Part shown: positions 59,598 to 64,000 of the stretch, in pieces
How the letters are laid out: every line of letters starts with the position of its first letter
How positions within the stretch are numbered: the stretch's first letter is position 1
NCBI RefSeq assembly: GCF_964188315.1
Contig: NC_135668.1
Coordinates: forward strand, 23,808,001 to 23,872,000
DNA: 64,000 nt
Source: Podarcis muralis
Taxonomy: Eukaryota
Direction of reading: 5' to 3'
The notes under the pieces: model-generated
Seen by the model: only the letters and a program-made list of their open reading frames with translations
Databases searched by the model: none
What the model was told of the DNA's origin: nothing
Position numbers and translations under genes: made by a program

Positions 59598-61263
59598 GTA
59601 AAACAAAAACCCAAAATATTATGTCCAGTATTAGTCATATTCAGACATTTTCAAAATTCATGGAGGTGTCTTAACTCCATTAACTTTCAGAGGGTTTATT
59701 GTGAGTAAAACTCTGTTGAATACAACTGCGTGACAGCACTTGGTCCTGATAAATTATTTGCGCTTTCGAAGGATGGTATTGCTTTGACAGAGAGGGCTGT
59801 GTGCTTGGAAAACCAATCCACGATGCCTTCAGTGGGTAATATAAACTAACAATAAATCTCAAGTGTTTCGGCTTAATTAGGCTTTGGCTGCAAAACATAG
59901 ATACTAGGATGCAACTCAGATTTTGTCCTGCTGTGTCCCAGTGGGATTTGCTTATGAGTAAATGTGCATAGTAGCATCAGGCTATTAGTCAGTACTCTGC
60001 AATTTATATTGGAAGGGGAGGTGTTGCACAGGTTTTCCAGCAGATGGCCAGAAGATACGGTTTGTTGGTTTTTGCAACATCTCATCCAAGCTTTGTTTAA
60101 TTCAAAGATCCAGGGATTTTTGATATGAAAATGCAAAAACAAGGAGCAAAAATAGTCACTGTTGAATTTTAGAATCAGTTGCTTTAATGTGGCTTACCAG
60201 TACGAAGGCTGAATGCTACCAGGGCTGCAGTTTTTTCAGAAGTAAATACATTGCAGAATCAAAAGCTCTGGCCAGTTCATTCACACATATGCATAATTTG
60301 GTGCCCTTCTGTTGAACCTACATTGAAGTTTTGTAGAAGTTTGACCTGTGATGGCCAAGTCAGGACTTGGTGCTACAGTCAATGGGTGATGAATGAGCCT
60401 TCTCAGATTGTTATTTTTTATTTTATTAATTAATTCTTTTCAATACTTGGTATAGATATGGCATCCAACATCACAAACTCTCATAACTGACACTGAATAC
60501 ACAACATAAGGTAAAATAAAGGAGGCATAGGTTATATTATTATCAAACCAGTGACTAGAAATGCTTAGGAATTACATCTGAGCACGAGGGCCTTTGCAAA
60601 ATTGGAGTAAATAATTGACCCTCTTGCTTATTAACATAAACAATGAGAGGTGTTGCAGGTAGTGGGGGAAGATTTCTGCATTTTGGCTTCTCTGGCCTGT
60701 CTGTTGCGCTCTCTCAATTTCTCTGTCACAGCCAATCTGCAGATTCTGCTCCAGCAACCTCTTAGACTAATAAAATGTCTGTGGTACGTCCAGTGCTGAG
60801 CAGCTTCCGTAAGTGCAGTTACAACTAAGAAAACAATTCACTCTTTATATTGCACGTTTCACATTGTATCAGGCAATATTGACAGTAAAGCTAGTCCAGG
60901 GTGCATTGAAAAAAGTTGCACTATAGCTGAGACTTGCTGAAGAACTCCTCACAACACTTGTATGACTGGACATTCCCACCACATGTGGAAATAACCAACC
61001 AACCTTTGCAACCCTCGATATTGTTCAACTTGGCCAGTGTAAAATACCATTAGGTTAACTCATCATAGCTTCCCTAGTTTGGGATGATACATTTTTTAAG
61101 GAGATATATGCCATATATCATTCCACACATTCTATGCTATCAGGCCCAAGCTTCCCTAAGACTTGTCGGTGTGGTCCTTAGATTTCTGATGCCTCTGTGC
61201 TTCCTGAATTCTGGTTGAGAGAGGATAGAGGTTGTGTTGGCTAGGTGATGGGAAAGTGCTACA

Positions 61264-61472
61264 CAGCTGTACTTTGGAAGTCGAATGGAATCCATGCTGG
61301 AAGTCCGTTTGACTTCCAAAACATTCAAAAACCAAAGTGCAGCTTTGGAAGCTGTGAAAGCCCTGTCGGACGCTCAGCTTCCAAAAATAGTTCACAAACC
61401 GGAACAGGGTTTGCGGTGTTTGGGAGCCAAAACGTTCGAGAACTAAGCCGTTTGAAAACCAAGGTACGACTG
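61264..61472. mobile_element. Tc1/mariner (Tigger-like) MITE, decayed
   Basis: Right end CCAAGGTACGACTG|ta. Left end cagctgtactttgg is an imperfect TIR. Confidence 0.7.
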
Positions 61473-63055
61473 TATTTGTGGGACCAGCTATGGTGAGGTT
61501 GGGGAAAGTTTAGTGCTGAAAGAGGGAAGCAAGGAGTCATCCTAGCTGCCCCATGCAGGTAGGTCTCCAGTGACAACAGATTTTGATGTTTCGTGCGCAG
61601 GGGCTGTTTTGCTTGTTAGCACATCAGGCAGCTCCTGCAGACCAGTGATGGCTTTAACTATACAACGCTTCTCCACCTTGGCCTTGCCAGAACTTAATTG
61701 TATCCAATACAGGGCTGTGTGTGGAGAGGTGATAATTGTCCGATTAATCAAACACAGATAAATGCCCAACAGCATTTAATCATCTTGAACGAAGTCTCTC
61801 TTAATTGAAAATGGAAATTGTATCTGATTCAGTGCGGAAACGGGATTGATTCTGGTTCTGCTGCACACAGGGATCTTTGTGGGGGGGGGTATGCATGCCA
61901 TTCTCTGCTGCATACACTTTTTGTGATAAAAATAAGTCTCATTTCTCCTGAAACAGGGTGTCTGATGCTTTGAAGTTCTGTGCTGTTCCTCTTTAAACTC
62001 CCCATCCCCTCCCAGGCTAGCCGGAATTAAATATGTTACAGTTATTTGCATTACTAGAGTCCTGAATGTGTTTATTTTTAGCTCAGAATCTCATGTATTA
62101 AGAACGAGAGTATGCACATCCCTGGCCATATTTAAAGTAGCACAAATTATTATATTTGTTGTAAATTCCCTAATTTCCATTTTTCCTTGGAAAGCTAAGA
62201 GTGTGCACAAGGATTTCCCAGTGGTCTCCAATCCAGGTACAGAGCTTCACCAATTCTGTAGCGCTGGGTACACCTAGACCATTTCCTGGGCTAATCTGCT
62301 TAGTTGGCTATGCCTTGATGCCATTGGTTTTTTTAAACGTCCCTCCTTCAAAGAACCCTTTGCACGTCAGGAATTCCTGTGCGTTGCAGAGGGAATGGCG
62401 TAGCATTCTGGGGAGCTTCCTAAGATGCATGCTGTGTTCATATGGGGCACTGATTAGACCTCTCGGGCCCTCCCCATTGTCCCATGTGAACCGAGAGTGC
62501 ATCCCAGTGCATAGTCAAGCCCCTTTTGTGGGCTGCATGTTGCTGGAGGGGGCAGTTGTGACAGGGAGAGAAGCCAGAGGCTGCCTTTCAGAGAAGCTTC
62601 TCTGACACAACCAATCTTCTAATTAAGGAACATTGATTATGCTCCCGAGAAACCACAGGTTCCTTTAACGAGTGTCAGGTTCATTTGGGGGCATATGAAC
62701 CTGTGTTGCTTTGGAACAGCCTTTGCTGACCTTTTTAGGCATAGGAGCACAACTGCCACAGGAACCTACAAATATCCATTTCATGGGGGGTGGGGATTGG
62801 TTATGCTCAGAACTACCTCCACCCCACAAAAAAGAGGCAACCCACCCCATAAAATAGATAAAAGCAGGATTACCCCCCTCCTCAAGCAGGCAACCCCTAC
62901 CTAGTAAGAAAAAAAGGCTAAACCCCTCAATTTTAAACAGAAGCTTAAAATTACTGGGCAGGAGGTGTTGGCAGGCATTTCCATTCCATTGTTTTGCATT
63001 CATTGTACACCACTTAGAGACTATTGTAGTGGACCAGTACATTAATAGTCTAAAC

Positions 63056-63389
63056 CAGGGGTCTGCAACCCGCGGCTCCGGAGCCGCATGTGGCTCTTTT
63101 ACATCTTTGCCGCGGCTCTGGGGCGGATACTAACGAGGGGAGGAGGCGCATTGTGCGCCCCGACACTCCTCACTGTGGCGGGCGCTGTACTGGCTGTGAT
63201 GTCGCATGGGGGCGGTGCGTGCGTTAGTCACGCACCGTCCCGACGTCACCTTCCCGCCCGCTGTCAGATCGCGGCTCCAGAGATATATTTGTTTTAAATG
63301 TCGCAATGGTTTTGCGGCTCCCAGTTGTTGTTTTTTCTTCGGAAACGGGTCCAAGTGGCTCTTTTTGTCTTAAAGGTTGCAGACCCCTG
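63056..63389. mobile_element. hAT (Charlie/Buster-type) non-autonomous element, 334 bp, opposite orientation to the copy at 16484
   Basis: Perfect TIR CAGGGGTCTGCAACC. Perfect 8-bp TSD GTCTAAAC (63048-63055, 63390-63397). Confidence 0.95.
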
Positions 63390-63670
63390 GTCTAAACCCA
63401 TAATAAATAAATAAGAATGTGCATGTTGGGTGCCATGTTGCCCTACATTTGTACTTTAGCTCTGGTGAATGAGCAAGGATATTATTTTATTATTATTTAT
63501 TAAATTTGTAGATCTGAGAGCGGTTCACAACATATCCTGCATGGAGAACGTTAACAATGGTTTTCTTCTCTGTAAATATAATCTCGTTCTGTTTCTGACT
63601 TTAGGAGGTGATAATCACCTTGCAGGAATTCTAATTTTCTTCTTTTCTTATGTCCCCCCGCCCCCCTTAG

Positions 63671-63838
63671 TACCATCTGTTCCTCTGGACGTCATTTCAG
63701 CTTCCAATTCTTCCTCTCAGCTGATTGTGAAATGGAACCCACCCACTTTCCCCAATGGCAACCTCTCCTACTACATTGTGCGGTGGCAACAGCAGCCTCA
63801 GGATAGTTACCTTTATAGGCACAACTACTGCTCCAAAG
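63671..63838 (+). CDS. IGF1R: IGF1R exon 9 (FnIII-2a, start of insert domain), 168 bp
   Basis: cccccttag|TACCATC...TCCAAAG|gtgag. Translates [55 protein letters not shown]. Confidence 0.98.
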
Positions 63839-64000
63839 GTGAGACCAAGGTTGAAATGCCCTTACACAATTTCAGGGTGCCTCCTCATCTTATCACTTTG
63901 AAAATTCCTAAGATTGCAAAGAGCAAGGATAGGGAAATCTTTTGCCACCGCCCCCCCTCCCCAAGTTGTGGGGTTACAACTCTCAACAGTCTTGAATGTT

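Noticed and set aside
39547-63838. Possibility that the gene is INSR or INSRR
   Set aside because: Diagnostic strings ([46 protein letters not shown]) and exon sizes 145/215/127/239/168 match IGF1R. It lacks the extra INSR CR-loop disulfide.

Overview
Vertebrate genomic DNA, very probably from a lacertid lizard, judged from Sauria-type and Squam3-type SINEs and abundant CR1, L2, hAT, Tc1/mariner and Harbinger-like elements. The window lies wholly inside one + strand gene, IGF1R (type 1 IGF receptor). Bases 1-39546 are the distal part of the very large intron 2. Exons 3-9 (human numbering) follow: 310, 146, 145, 215, 127, 239 and 168 bp, all GT-AG, splicing into one open 1350-nt frame that covers the cysteine-rich (CR) region, L2, FnIII-1 and the start of FnIII-2. 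I found no second protein-coding gene, true tRNA/rRNA gene or CRISPR array, and no wholly new biological system that I can support. The best leads are (1) a cluster of non-conservative substitutions at residues I recall as ligand or dimer contacts in the human receptor: F251A and R240K, a remodelled CR loop, P485K, G515R next to the interchain Cys, and a swapped N-glycan site; (2) inverted SINE/MITE pairs flanking in-frame exon blocks (circRNA candidates); (3) several nested, young transposon insertions with clean target-site duplications (TSDs); and (4) CpG- and motif-rich non-repeat islands in intron 2 that may be enhancers. Human residue comparisons and repeat family names come from recall and were not aligned computationally. 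There is one 171-bp assembly gap (18848-19018).
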